A stretch of DNA of 57,749 bases, the filler included, from Sphacelaria rigidula (Eukaryota), in NCBI GenBank assembly GCA_964200075.2. It is 9 parts of 9 records of this genome, joined end to end, with 100 filler letters (N's around TTAATTAATTAA, not from the genome) between each part and the next. Parts side by side here need not be neighbours in the genome. Positions count along the whole stretch, not along the records: positions 12,857 to 19,184 come from CAXNAA020020750.1; positions 19,285 to 25,612 come from CAXNAA020020751.1; positions 25,713 to 32,040 come from CAXNAA020020752.1; 6 more parts are not named here. The stretch is one strand, 5' to 3'. Below, piece after piece: positions 13,287-26,653 of this stretch (position 1 is its first letter; the number at the start of each line of letters is the position of its first letter). The notes beneath the pieces are model-generated. The model ran no database searches and was not told where the DNA came from. It saw nothing but the letters and a program-made list of their open reading frames with translations. Both the position numbers and the translations under genes were made by a program.

Positions 13287-13288
<2 letters not shown>

Positions 13289-14954
13289 ACTGCATGCAGA
13301 CAGTCAAGGCCAAGCGCCGCTTCACGAATTTCACCACCTTCTTTCGATCGAAAGCTTGAACATTCGCCTGGACCAAACTCGGCAAAAAAAATGAACGAAT
13401 TTTACTCATATCAATTCTCCCGCCCGTTTTTTTCGATCGAAAAAAAGGTGTGCCAAGACACGCCCTAAGCGGATCACGCCACCTCGCAAATATGTCATCT
13501 TGCTATGGGTCTCTCCTACAGGGTTCGGGCGCATTTTTCCGAATCTCTCACGCCCGGCTTGACTCGTGGCCGGACTGACGTCTTACACAAACCGAAAAAT
13601 AATCTCGGTGATTTTTCACAAACAAACTCCAGCGACAACTCACGATAATATGATTATTTTCGGGTTCATATTTGAAACTGAAACTTCAGCCAAAAATTAA
13701 ACGAGGCGTGCTGAAGAACGGAAAAGTGCGCCCGAATCTTCTTTAGATGAAAAACATGAACTATTTCCGAGGTAGCCCAACCCGATCAGACCCCGTCACT
13801 TTCGAGTCGAAACAAGACGCGGACCTGCCAAAAAGAAGACATTTGCCGAGAGCAAGCTATTCCTCTCAAGGACAGCAGAGTAGTTTGCCGAGCGCGCAGA
13901 CGCGACATGCATCCGTTTCCTCATATTTGCCACGATTAAAAAAAACTCTCTTCCAGCACAAACGATTAGCAAACCTTCGGACCACCTCTCATCAAACGGA
14001 CGCAGTTTCCCCTTGGCAGAGCACGGCTTGTTCACATCACAGATCAAACTATGTTCAAAGTGACGGCAAACGAGGATAGGAGACACCGTCATCTGGTGCA
14101 TTGCAAATCCGAGACTTCATACTACGCACGCGTAAAAAGACGGCAAATGTTGACGTTGACGGCGAGTGGGGGTGCTGTACACCGTCATCGGGTGCGCGTT
14201 GCGAATCAAAACGGACGTACGCGCGTGGCGGGTGGAAGGGATCCAAAAAGTGAAGGGATCGCTGCTCGAATCGCGCGTGAGTAGATAGGTGGTGTTTCTT
14301 CCGCCGCCGCATGACCCTACTGTACACGACCAGCAGCAGGGTGCCATGTGTTCATGTGTTTATGCAAACGCCCACGTGCATCATGCCGCGTCAGGAGGCA
14401 GCACATCTCTATGCTTTCGTGGTTTGCGTTGGGTACAGCAACAAGCGAATCCGCCTGCATTATACACTATACAGCAGTGGTTAGTTTTAGTTTTTTATTC
14501 ACCCGCTCGAGATTAGGACTCGCAGTTGATTCAGAAACGTTGATCAACTATTCGCCGGTCCCCCACCAATCCTCCCAACTCCCCGCTGACCATTGTCTCC
14601 CCCACCCCCCGACAGAATCGTACCAAGCCGGTGCCAACTTAACCCCGAACAACACTGATGGTTCACCACGGTAGGGTACGGTGTGTGTCATCTACATTCG
14701 TCAAGACAACTCCTAGAGCTGCTTCAGCTGCCTAGAGTGTATGTATGTGTGTGTATATATATCACCATTTTCCGACGCTCGTCTCAAGTGCAACTCTTGG
14801 CCCACCAGGGTGGGTCATCTGGGATATTTCAAGTGAGAAAGGTGCCCATGCAACATGATCCACCCTGGTGGTGAAAGCGTGAACCCTTTCGACGCCCAGC
14901 AATATTTCGGATCAGTATCATCAGCTGACAGTCCACGTACACCCAAGCTTTCAA

Positions 14955-15040
14955 GGGGAAGGGGGCGTACTCATTTGTTGCTTGCCTTCGTCGTTTGATC
15001 ATTGATCACGCATCCCTTTCGAGAAAGGAAGGGGGGGGGT
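14955..15040 (+). repeat. G-tract-flanked short dispersed element, subfamily A (other copies: 1-38 -, 25740-25823 +, 37376-37445 -, 44811-44895 -)
   Basis: Core of the form GGGGCGTACTCATTTGTTGCTTGCC...TTTGAYCATYGAYCACGCA...CTTTCGAGA, with a G-run before the core and in most copies also after it. Confidence 0.85.
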
Positions 15041-18000
15041 GTTCTCTGCTTGTCACAGAACGTTTGCAAGATTATCCGTGGGTGTTTCTGGGAACAGTCT
15101 AGGTCGGCCACCAGGGCCAAATGGAGTGGGGCCATCATTTCAACAGTTGTGGTTGGTCGCATGATTCATCATGTATCCCTACAAATTCCCCAATATCCAA
15201 CATCGCGTATCTGAAGGTCGAAGTGAATTTGGCCGTTCCAGCAACGACCACTCAACCATCCAAGCGCACAAAGAAAGAAGGTACTTCTTGCTGTTTGTGC
15301 ACGCTTTCCGACCTACGAACCTCTTCTTGTGTCGTCGTGAGAGCTGCGCAATGTTGTAGAACACTGAGCTAAGATGGAAACAGCGTACATATACCAAGTA
15401 CACTGGAGAGGAAAGGCACTGTACTGATTACATCGCTCCTTGTATTCAGCCAGTACCACAAAATACGCCCGAGACTTATCTGGCATGCAGTGAGTGCTAC
15501 GTCAAGACATGCAGGAGGAGCGTTAGCACTTCTTCATGAGTTCCAACACTGCTGAAACATACATAGCAAACGGCACTCGAAGGTTTGCGTACATCACAGC
15601 AGTAATGGTGGTCAGCGTGCACCACTTAGTTGCGTATAGTAGCGTGGATCGCCCGCCGAGCTGAACAAAACGTAAGGTAACCACATATGTTGTGTGCCAA
15701 GAAAAATCGTCACATGTTCTCTTGTACTCATGGCCAAACAAACAACCTGTTCCTATAAAAACGCAGGCCGTGCTACTTGAAAATGGCAGTTGCGATTCTA
15801 AAATTGACCTTGGACGATTTCGGGCGATCTGGTCGAGATTCTGGTCCACGGGTTACCCATTCGAACGCCCATAATTCATGTTCCGATTTCGTTCACTGAC
15901 AGCCCCGGGCCGCGAGATTTGAGAGGGTGATTCTTGCAGGCGTATATGGAACGTAGAAGGACGTCAGGGGCAAGCTTCAAGCTTCCCGAACACCCATACT
16001 CCCTCTTCCGATACCTCGTCCTGGGACAATTCCGCGAGTGTTTTTCCAGCATATTTTCTTCGGGCACACGCATCAACACTAGAGATAATTTGGGCGGCTG
16101 GCCAAAGTGTTGGTAAGCTATCAAGTCTTCGCCAATAGGCGTGCAGCAGCAGCTCTCACCTTATGCGAGCGTTAAGGGTCCATCTAACCGTGGCCGAAAA
16201 GGAAAAGAAGAGCAAAGCAAGCGTCGAAAAGCATCATGACGATTGTTGGCCGCAACCAGGGCGACGGACCTATGGTTGCAACGACCAATCAACATGCTAC
16301 TTGTCGACGCTTGCTTCGCTCTTCGCTTCAGTATCCTGTATGTTGTGAACATGGACACTACACAAGGGTGCGCGTTTTTTCTCAAGTCCATGCATCATTC
16401 TACTGCAAAGACTGATATTTTTGTGTATCCGTGCAACTTACATAGCTGGCGCGATCTCTGCCGCTTTGCTGTATTGAGACTGACGGCAATACGCTGGTGG
16501 TCGCGACTATATCCACAAAAAATAACACCCTGGGCGACATAAACATTCAATAACTTGTCGCAAAGTCTACTGTGCACAGCATCGAGTCTACCGTCCATCA
16601 TGACAGAATAGATTCGACACACCGTCCGCGGTATACTTTTCGACAACGTCTTCTCCTGTCCAGGGTGTGAAGAATAACCACGTGCAGCACATGTGTCAAT
16701 GGCTTCTCTACGTATGCCGATCCAGGCGCACTTTGTCCTTCAAAACTCATCTAGCGTCCACGGCGGACAAATGGAAGTCGGGACACGTGGTCGGAGGGGA
16801 TCGTCAGGCCTGGCTTCGTATAATCGGTTCCGAAGGTCCCTGCTACATACTCTGGAGTCCCTGCGGACTTTCGACTCATCACTCCGCAGGTGCAGACAGC
16901 AGACAACATGAAAAAAATCGAACCGTTTCGCATGAAACGATGTTGCTGCCCGAGGCCGTGATGTTTTATTCAACCTGGGGTCGAGTGCACAACTGCCAGC
17001 TCCCGCTAGAACAGCAGTGTGCAACGCTAAAGGAAGAGTCATGTAAAGGTATTTGAGCTTCGCGGCAGGGTGTTATTCCTTGTTTTCCTTTACGATACTG
17101 TTCCAATAACTGAAAACAAAAAAAAACACTTGGCCATTACAGCTCACGCATGTACAGTGAACACCTTCCACTACAAAGCTCTTCCATTACCTATTAGTCA
17201 TCGGAGACTATGATTTGAACGTTTGAACCCTGTCTAGCGTCACTACTCTCGTACGTACCACTTGTCCTCCAACGGGAAAATTGGTCGAGTCTGGCTTGAT
17301 CAACTCAGGAGGACACGCATGCGCGTGTATGTATCGGGTGTTCTAGGTGTTTCCATTAATAGGGCGGGCGGGCGGGCTGATAGGTGAAACTGACTGGAAT
17401 GATTTCGCTTATTAATTAATTAATAGTTTGTGCTCACACTTCTCACGCCTTTTCTACATGTTGTGCGGCACAGCACAGCAACGGACGAAATGTATCATAC
17501 TATCACCATTCTCCATAGTACACAAGATCCGCTGGCGACCGCGCGAAGCATAGAACTCCCCCCCTTGTTTGAAGTCGACTTAACTTGGGGGTATAGGGTA
17601 CCGTACAGTCCCGTCTGTGCTGTTATCTGTGGTGTTTTACAAGTCCCTCCCCAGACAGTAGTATTACTATATAGTACTACTCGACAAACAACAATAATTG
17701 TACTCGTCTATCCTTGTCCTCTCCAGCCATGACGACCTGGATATGACACATGCCAGACTATCAGCGCAAAGTGGGCTGCCGTCAACACGTATTCACGCGA
17801 TCTGCTCATCACAGGCTTGCATCGAACAGATCTGTCGGTGTACGTTGAACTGACCGCGTGCCCAATTCTGTTCCACGCTTCAGTAGTAGATCCGGTATAG
17901 CACGTGAGCGCGCGGGGTATTCATGTATTTTAGTTCGAAAAGTCGTCAATTTTCCGCGTCGCAATGCCGCATCGCTTGACCTCGAATGCGAATCATTAAC

Positions 18001-18114
18001 ATATTTCAAATTGTATCTTTCAGGAAGGAAATGAGAAGATATGCATATATCAAAAAGCACGTGAACAACCTCTCCCAGTTATCCCAGCATTATGAACAGA
18101 TATTCAGTGATGGA

Positions 18115-18146
<32 letters not shown>

Positions 18147-18245
18147 CGGGGGGGGGAACCGCCTTCTCTGGAAATTTTGTTGTAAAAATCGCCCCAACGA
18201 AAAAAAAAAAAACAAGGNNNNNNNNNNCCGCTTCGTGGGCGTAGA

Positions 18246-18301
<56 letters not shown>

Positions 18302-19284
18302 CTGGTGGAGGAATCGCTCGTCTCTGAAATTATGCTTGAATAATAGCACGACCGGAAATAAAATAATCAAGGCGATCACAGGCCCCTTTAAACAAGTCTT
18401 GTGTCTGGCGTGAATAAATCTGTCGGCAAGTCGAAACAGGAACACCGATTTTTTATCAGGGACCCTGTGGGTAATTTGAACTCAAGACATACAACACACG
18501 AACGGTTTTCATCTGGTGGCACCAACAGCTGCCTTGGCAAACGCTTACCCAAACACAAAATGAGGTCAAGACGATGCAACTGCTGTTTGTCCTGATGGTG
18601 CTCTGTTCTGCACAGCAGAGAGTACAGAGCAGACTGTAGGCAATTATGATACGTGAGACGACGTGCACGAAAAAAAAACACAGCCGAGAAAATTTCATGA
18701 AAACTTGGACTGGAACAATCCCCACTGTAGACTGGTACTGAGTACAGGTGTGCGGTGTTTGTACCAGTCTACAGCAGCACAGTCCTGTAGTACCATGACA
18801 GACGGCAAGACCCCAACACGTGCAACCTGCAACAATACCGACACCAACATCAACAAACAGCAAGTGGTCCATGGACTCGGGCAACGTATAGCCAATAAAA
18901 CATATACCACACCGAAGTGTATCGAATGCTTCACGCCTTCCCCGTCCGCGTCCCTAAGCTCGTACATTTATTATGCACAGAACCAACCTTTCGTCGCCCT
19001 TGTAGGTCTTGTGTGTATTATTCTTTGTCCCTCCCGCCAGAGTGCCACCAACACCAGTGGCCGCTTTTCGCCCACGGCCCGCCATCTGCTTGCCAACCTC
19101 CTCTTGCTCGAATGCCCCTTTCTCGAGCACTAAGGCTAGGGTAGGCTCACTGCCCTAGTTAGATCTCCTCCGCCCCCCCCCCCCNNNNNNNNNNNNNNNN
19201 NNNNNNNNNNNNNNNNNNNNNNNNNNNNTTAATTAATTAANNNNNNNNNNNNNNNNNNNNNNNNNNNNNNNNNNNNNNNNNNNN

Positions 19285-19340
19285 CAACTCAACCACCAGA
19301 AGGTTACGAGGTTACCAACTGAGCCACCGGGGCGACCGGC
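19285..19340 (-). mobile_element. tRNA-derived SINE head at contig start
   Basis: Near-identical to 32141-32209 and to the reverse complement of 57676-57749. Confidence 0.85.
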
Positions 19341-20184
19341 AACATATGACATGATAATAATAATAATGGGCCTCGGATGTCTTACTCGTAGTGGAACTTC
19401 ATGCCTGACATGATCTTTTATTCATGTTTTTTTCTTCAATTCATTATTTTTTTTTTGTCGCACCTTGAACCCCTCCAATGGCGCTTGGCATTGCAATCAG
19501 AAGACCTCCCTGACGCCGCCATGGTATCAGCATTCGGATAGTTGTGTTGCGTGAAAATTCAAATGCTCGGCGGGTACACGTTGCGTTGGGTGCAGTTCCT
19601 CACTCTCGCCAGCTCCAGCTGGAAGAAGACGGTGGGAACGATTCGTAGTCTACAGCGCACAAGAAGTACGAGCTGGGCCGCCTAAAAACGGATTTAAGCT
19701 CTTGAAGCAATATCTCATCGACACAGACAAGTTGGGCCGTGATCCGCATATCGTATGAAGGGAAAGGTGCCCATCTGCTCAAAAGTTTGGGCCCATATTT
19801 TCTCCTTGACTAACCCCCATATGTAGTAATTCCTATACCTAAGGGGAATAGCGCCAATACAAAAATTTCTACGAAACTCCCGATCAATGCATTTAGCGGC
19901 TGGCGACGGATTTTGGTGTGGAGAACCACAAAAGAGTGCCGAACGAAAAAAAAAAAATGGGCCTTCCATTTTTTCTTTTCAAATAGGTTAGGGCGTTCTC
20001 GTGAAATACGGTCTTTGACATAGTAGAACGCCCTAAACCACTGGGAAAAAAATGAAAAATAAAATGCTCTACTTTCTTGTGTTAATTATGCTTAGAGAGC
20101 GTCCACACAAGATTTCAATATACAAATACCGGTTAATGGCCTGCAAAACATTGTCCCGAATTTATTCTGACCCTGTAACTAAAC

Positions 20185-20457
20185 GGCCCATTATACGGCC
20201 AATGCTTGGAGTTGGACCCTGAAATTTGGTATGGACAATGAGTAGGGCATGATAAAAAGAATTAGTGGCGTACACAAGGGATTTTTTTTTTTCATGAGAT
20301 AAGGGCAATAATCAGTTTTCAGATACCGGTAAAATGCCCCGAACTCATGATAAAAAATAAATTCCTTGTGTACGCCAGTTTTTTTTTCATCATGCCCTAC
20401 TCATTGTCCATACCAAATTTCAGGGTCAAACTCCAAGTATTGCCCGTATAATGGGCC
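20185..20457. mobile_element. ~270-bp fold-back element (MITE-like)
   Basis: GGCCCATTATACGG...CCCTGAAATTTGGTATGGACAATGAGTAGGGCATGAT...GGCGTACACAAGG (20185-20279) is the near-perfect reverse complement of 20364-20457. No TSD is evident. Confidence 0.8.
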
Positions 20458-21224
20458 TGCAAACTGCAGAATCGCTTCTCGGCTGGCCCAGCTCGTACTA
20501 CACCTGGCTGTATTCCCATCCCGTGAGAGATCATTACGTCTTGCACCACCGTTATGGGTGGCATGTGGAAAAATCGTCGCAATGCGGCCGAGGTCTGGTG
20601 TTCGAAAATGCTGCGTACCGTACTATCTGTACTACTGTTTGTACAACTGACTCTCTGTACGGTATCGCTGTGAAGCAGTTCACAAAAGTATCGCAATGCA
20701 CTGTTGTAGCTTGGATGTAGAGTTCTGTATTGCATTTTCTGTACTGCACTCTAGTCCACGCTGCACAGAACTACAGCACTACAGCACTGCAGTATCCTGT
20801 AGTGCGCCGTAGTGGATTGAAGTAGTGCAGGTGCAGTGAAAAAGCGTAGCGTGAGTGTGCGTACGATGCTGCAGTGTACGGTACCGTCAGTGTTGTGCCG
20901 GCCTACGCACTTTCGAAATGGACGCTGGTCGATCGGACATTTGGCGGGGCAACCTGCGGCCAATCACTTCGACAAAAAAAAAAACGTCAAGCCACGTCAC
21001 ATTAGCTTCCGCTATGAACTTTTCAACGTCCACCGTGAAGTTTCGAAAATTCCACTCTGCACTCTGACTCCATGATAAATGAAGACATCTTCCGAAACTC
21101 TCGCAAATACCGCCGGTATTTTCGTACGGAACTGGGAGCAGGTATCGGAGATGAGACGGGCGCGTTGAAGGAGATGTTCACATACGAAGCTCGACAACAA
21201 CAATAAAAAGTACAGAGGGTGGTC

Positions 21225-21572
21225 GTGTTGTCATCCCATTTGTTCCGGGCGCCAGTTCACAGCTTTCGGTATTATTATGAGGGCGCATCAACTAGGGTCA
21301 GACATGGAGAGACGTCAACAAAGCAGTTTTTTTCGATTTTTCATCTTGTTTCATTACTACTCCACCTTCCCTCTGAGGTGCAGTTTCAGCGACCCCTTCT
21401 CTCGTCGATCGTGAAGTGAATTTCGTGTACCGATGATATACTGTAGTCACTCAACACTGTTGGGCATGGTGTGAAAACGAATTCCAGATCGTGTGACTTC
21501 ACCGAGATTTGAACCCACGAGACTCAACCGTCAGAAGGTCGAGGTTACCAACTGAGCGACCGGGGCGACCGG
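21225..21572 (-). mobile_element. Near full-length (~350 bp) tRNA-derived SINE
   Basis: The minus strand begins CCGGTCGCCCCGGTCGCTCAGTTGG (A box), has a B-box-like GGTTCAAATCT, a body shared with 40118-40340, and a 3' end AAATGGGATGACAACAC shared with the copies at 27768, 38569 and 40118. Confidence 0.8.
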
Positions 21573-23357
21573 TGGCCACAGAGTGCCGTCTGTAATTTAT
21601 ACTACGAAGTGGGGGAACAGTCGAGATGAAGGTAGGGTACGACACCCACAGTGTAGTGTGCAGCTGATACTTGCATCATTGACTTGAACATTGTCTGCTC
21701 GGGGGTAGGGGGGTGCTGACACCTGATTGGTCAAGAGCACACGAAAAGGACCAATCAGTTAGCCATCCTACGATAGGGGGGGGGGGGATTGGGACCACTT
21801 CTTCAACGAAAGAAGCAGCAGTTGCTCAAACGCGGCTGTTGTAACGATAGAAAACACCCTTTCGACTCTGCTTGACACCGTGTTCACCCAGATACAAGCG
21901 CACCGCGAGTGAACACCGCGAGTGAGGAAGGTTGTCTGATACACCAATGAACCCTTCAAAGTGGAATCAACCCCCCCTCGCCCCCCTTCTATCGTAGAAC
22001 TACTCCACCGTGTAGAGTACTCGTATGCAATCGATTTAGTCGGTTCACCATCATTCATGTCTCGAGTGCTGTTGACTACTGGCAAAAAGTGTCTTTTTAA
22101 CAGTAGTGTGCAATACACCCGCGAGTTTCCTTTTTTTTATTAGCCTGGAAGAGGTGCGACTTACGGGGAGAAAACGTTGCCCAAAACTCAATATTCCGAA
22201 TTTCGAAGTTATGAACTCGTCATACCGAAACAGCTGAAGGGATTCCGTTGACTTACCTTTACTCAGGCACCCACTCACTATTGTGCTGTAGTAAGATCTG
22301 CGTATCGGAGACACAGGATTTTTACTTGATTGGGCAGGGGCGACACATGGTACTGAACCGTGAGGTGGGCTTTAGATCGCCTTGTGTAGACGCACACCCC
22401 AGGATAGAACTGTAAGCAGAGAATTACTTGTGGACGTAAAGCTCTTGAGGTCTGCATTGCAGGGCGGGGGCAAGCAGCCTGCGCCTTGCACCCAGGGTTT
22501 GTACGCACGTGCAGTCAGAACTACACGCCCAACCGTCAGCATGTTTCTGAACGGCCAGTAGAATATTAGCAATCTTGCGGATTCAGCTTGGGTCCTCAGT
22601 ATTAGTCATCACGCCTCATCCCGAGACGATATCTCGTCTACCGCAAGATCACTGTACCTTCTCGCGCGCCGAATCGCCGGTGAGAATCACGGTGGAACAG
22701 CTCGCCGAGTAAAGGGAACAAAACTTGTCACCCAGGGGGTGTTATACCCCGTTAAATACGGTAGAAGTTTATGGTGAAATCCGAAGTACAGAACACAGAC
22801 CACGGAAAGGTGAAGAGCAGGGGGCTAGTTGCAGTTGGTAACATCGGAACGTGAGAGATGACACAAGACACGTGGCAATCATAGATATTCCATTTTTGCA
22901 ACTGATTGATATAACAAAGGCAGGGAGGTCACGCTGGTGATATATCCATCGCACTTGCCATTTGCGTACACGCCCGCCGACTGCGAAGTAACACGTTTGT
23001 TGCATTGTAGCCATACGAGAACGAGCCTACATGCTATGTAAAAAAAACGGTCCCGAATACACGGGAACTAGCGCGAAAGCAGCAAGCGGAGTTCTTACAC
23101 AACTGTACAGACAACAGTGCAGCAGAATGCTCTGTTCAAAGCAGACACATGTGGCGTACAGATAGGGCGTAAGGGGCTAACATTTGTGCGTTGCGGGGTG
23201 ACTGTTGAACGTTGATCGGATTTGTTCTCACCCTGCGCACACGGAAAAATGGTCCAACGCCGGCGGGGCGATATTTGATTTTTGTACAAAGTGCTCGAGA
23301 ACCCGTGATTTCAGACACCCGAAAGAAAACTGGTATAAGTTTCTGGGCAGTAGATTT

Positions 23358-23562
23358 CAAGGGCAGATCGAGTAGAGTATACTCAATTGCGGGCAATTTT
23401 GAAAGACGTACCTAGGGTACTCAAATCAGGGCAGAGTGTAGGGAGTCGTACCAAAAAAATAGCTAGAAATCGATTCCTGAAACCCTACCCCCAATTGGGG
23501 TACTTCAGATACGACTTTCAAAATACCCCGCAATTGAGTATACTCTACTCGACCTACCCTTG
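23358..23562. mobile_element. 205-bp MITE with perfect 8-bp TSD (hAT- or P-type)
   Basis: Long TIRs CAAGGGCAGATCGAGTAGAGTATACTCAATTGCGGG... and ...CCCGCAATTGAGTATACTCTACTCGACCTACCCTTG. GTAGATTT is duplicated at 23350-23357 and 23563-23570. Confidence 0.9.
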
Positions 23563-26302
23563 GTAGATTTTGCACTTGCCTGTATTTCAGTGCGTGTGCG
23601 GTCTCTCGACTTTTACGATGACCTACCGCACTGGGAATGCTGCTACTGCTGTGCTGTGCTGTGCTGCTGCAGCGTCAAAAGGCTGTAGTGTTCGTGCTGC
23701 CGCAAATGCGCAAAATTACGTGTGTTGTCCATGCTCACACACGGAACTATTGAACTATTGCAGTCGAATTGATTCTTGCTTCCTCCTTCGGGGGCCGACT
23801 TTGCTCGGCGAAGAGCATGCGGCCACCTGTTGACTGAATTTTCCAGAGCGGAGATGAACAAAAACTCATCAGAGCGACTTTTCAGTTTTTAAACCTGCTC
23901 AACAGACTTGGCCCAGGGGGAGGGATGCAGCAGGGGAGGGCTGTTTACGCATCGCTTTCCTGGGCGTCCGAGTTGAAAGAAGATTCGAAATCACAATCGA
24001 CTCTTTGGAGATCACGGGAGAAATTGACAACAATGACTTACGACCTCAAGTCTTTGACCTCGACAGCCCAGGCCAATCAAACATCTTAGCTCCTTGGGTG
24101 TGTCGACCTGGACTTAAACAATAATGGACTTGAAAAACTCGTTACACCTGAGAAGGTTTGGGTTGAAAGATGTACGCGACGACTCGACCCGGCTCCGTAA
24201 CCGTACGGTAATGCAGTACAAGGAGTACGTAGATACTTCTCCCTCTACAATATTCTTAGAGACCAGGTGCTGAAAACGAGGGTGATGGGCTTGGCAGCGG
24301 GAAGCGCCTACATATTTGTATAACAAAAAGCAAATCATACATAACGTTGGTCATGATCATGGAAGGTTGAAGGTTGCTCACGTACACATAATCTCCACCA
24401 CCTCCGCCTCTCCAGTCACAATGCCGAACTGTAGTGTAGTGTGCCGTGTCAACTGAGTTTGCTAAGGTCTCACACGAAGCAAAGCGCAGAGGCGAGTAAG
24501 AAACGCGAATGTGTGTAGAATACCGACGACCATGCACTACTCTACGGACTGTACTGGGTACCGATCGAAAAGATGCGGGACGAGTTTCACAGTCTGCATC
24601 TCCCATGGCCTCTCTACTATCCAGTCTCGTGAGATCCCCCAGTTGCTATCGACTTGTAGTGTCAAAATATTGTGTCCAGATCGAGCCACCGATATAAGAC
24701 AGTTCGAACGGTACTGTAGAAAGGGCAGCAAATGTGCGGGTGTGAATTCAGATAGAGAGCGCCTGTTCCGTTGCTGATGATTGAACTGCCTCTGCTGTAC
24801 TTGGTATCCGTGCTGTGCGACGGTAATAACGACACTATACAGTACGATACTCTCCCGTCTGCATCGTTGCGCCCGCCAAACAGAATGTCGACAAGAGACG
24901 GAGACAAAGGCAACACTTACCATGAGTATCCCCGCTGAACCAGGTTGTGCTGAAGTTGCTGACATCGATGCTGCTAGCAGGTTATCGCCGCCACCACCAC
25001 CGCCACACCTAGGGCTACCCAATCCACCTACTTTTCGGCACCGACAGCCAGATGGGCAACACTCGTGTACTGCAGTAGCGCTGTGGGACAGATGTTGATG
25101 GGAGCTGATATGAACGAGAAAATCTTGGCTTCGGTGGGCGAGGTGGATGGGGCTCCAAACCAACACAAATACAAATGGGATCCCAATTGAACAGGACTAA
25201 ATTGTAGCTCCGCCGCTGCCGACAGTTTATCCGGGGAACGCGGCTTTAGGGGGTTCCTCTGCCGTCTCAGTTCTCTGCTGCTGCTGAAGCACAGGTAGTT
25301 CGCCACGCACGTATGGCTGTATATCACTCGCAAGTATCGTGCCGTACAGTGTTGTCGTGCGGTGCCGTGCTGCACCCGTACTTGTACGGCCAGACAGAAA
25401 ACAACAGGCACTCGTACAGACTCTGACAAATAGACGCACGTCTCTGGCTCGCTGTGGCCTAGATAAATATTCTGGGATCTTTTTCACCGCAGACATTTCA
25501 ATGTAGGTACCCGATTTTGGAAGTAGGGGGGGGGGGGGGGGGGGGGGAGGAGGGGGGGGGGGGGGGGGGGTGGGGGGGGGGGGGGTGAAGGGGGTAGGGT
25601 GGGTGGGTCGTGNNNNNNNNNNNNNNNNNNNNNNNNNNNNNNNNNNNNNNNNNNNNTTAATTAATTAANNNNNNNNNNNNNNNNNNNNNNNNNNNNNNNN
25701 NNNNNNNNNNNNGGCGTGGGCGCTGGGGTGTGGTCGGGGGTGGGGGGGGGGGGCCGTACTCATTTGTTGCTTGCCTTAGTCGTTTGACCATCGACCACGC
25801 ATGTCTTTCGAGACGGAGCACCGTCCCTACTCCTAATAGAGCCACCTTAAAAAATCCGGCGCTCATTACGTTTCTTCCATACATCATACAATGAGGAGGG
25901 GAAGGGGGAGGGGAAGACGAAACCGAGTGACCTGAAAAACGATAACCAAAACAGCAACAAACAACAAACAAAAATACACACACATACAAAAAAGAAATAG
26001 AAGCGGGAAGAAAAAAGAGAGGAAGGGAAAATGTACGTAAGCGTGCGCGACACTGTTCTCATATGACGAATTTCCGTGGCGTGCTACCTAGTACTGCACT
26101 TATGTGCAGTATTGCACGGACAGTAAACCCGATACTACCTCTCATAAGCAATATAAGGTCGATTTGGATATTCCGCAACATGAGGTCGATCGACCTTATA
26201 TTGCTGATCAGAGGGAGCACATCGTTTGTCCACCTCGGTCTTGTACCACACACGAAAATGCACTTTTTTATACTCCTACATATTCCGTCTTCGTCTCCTC
26301 AC

Positions 26303-26653
26303 CTGAGGCACGATGGCAAGCTTGGACCGAAGATCCTCGAGCCCTAACGACAGCGCGTCCACCCCGTCGATGGTCATCACCGAGCCCGCCGAAGGTTCCA
26401 CGAGGCGAAACAGCGCCGCGGTCAGAGACGACTTCCCCGCGCCTGTCCGCCCCACGATGCCCACCCGAGTCTGCGGCTCGACCTTGAAGCTCATGCCCCG
26501 AATCACGGGCGCATCCGTGTTGGGATACTGAAGGGTCAGATTCTCCACGCTCAGAGCACCGTCTGACGGCCAGCCGGGGCCAGGACGACGACCTTGCACT
26601 ACGGCGGGGGCCTCTTGGGGTACGTCATTCGTGTACTCCAGGATGCGCTCCAC
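26303..26653 (-). CDS. ABCC: ABCC/MRP transporter, exon with NBD2 Walker A (4th visible exon)
   Basis: VERILEY...WPSDGALSVENLTLQY...VGIVGRTGAGKSSL...IDGVD...LEDLRSKLAIVPQ is the classic ABCC NBD2 sequence. 351 bp, AG acceptor, GTGAGG donor, phase 0/0. Confidence 0.95.

Noticed and set aside
16400..16545. Ulp1/C48 protease-like peptide DIFVYPCNLHSW
   Set aside because: The resemblance is too short, with no downstream Q..DCG motif and no clear exon boundaries.
12857..19184. Numerous 60-156-aa ORFs in contig 3
   Set aside because: No recognisable domains or consistent exon structure; compatible with chance ORFs in intronic or intergenic DNA.
25525..25612. Long G-runs as functional G-quadruplex or poly-Gly/Pro coding sequence (also 18116-18301)
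   Set aside because: They lie at contig ends or gaps where homopolymer length and sequence are unreliable.
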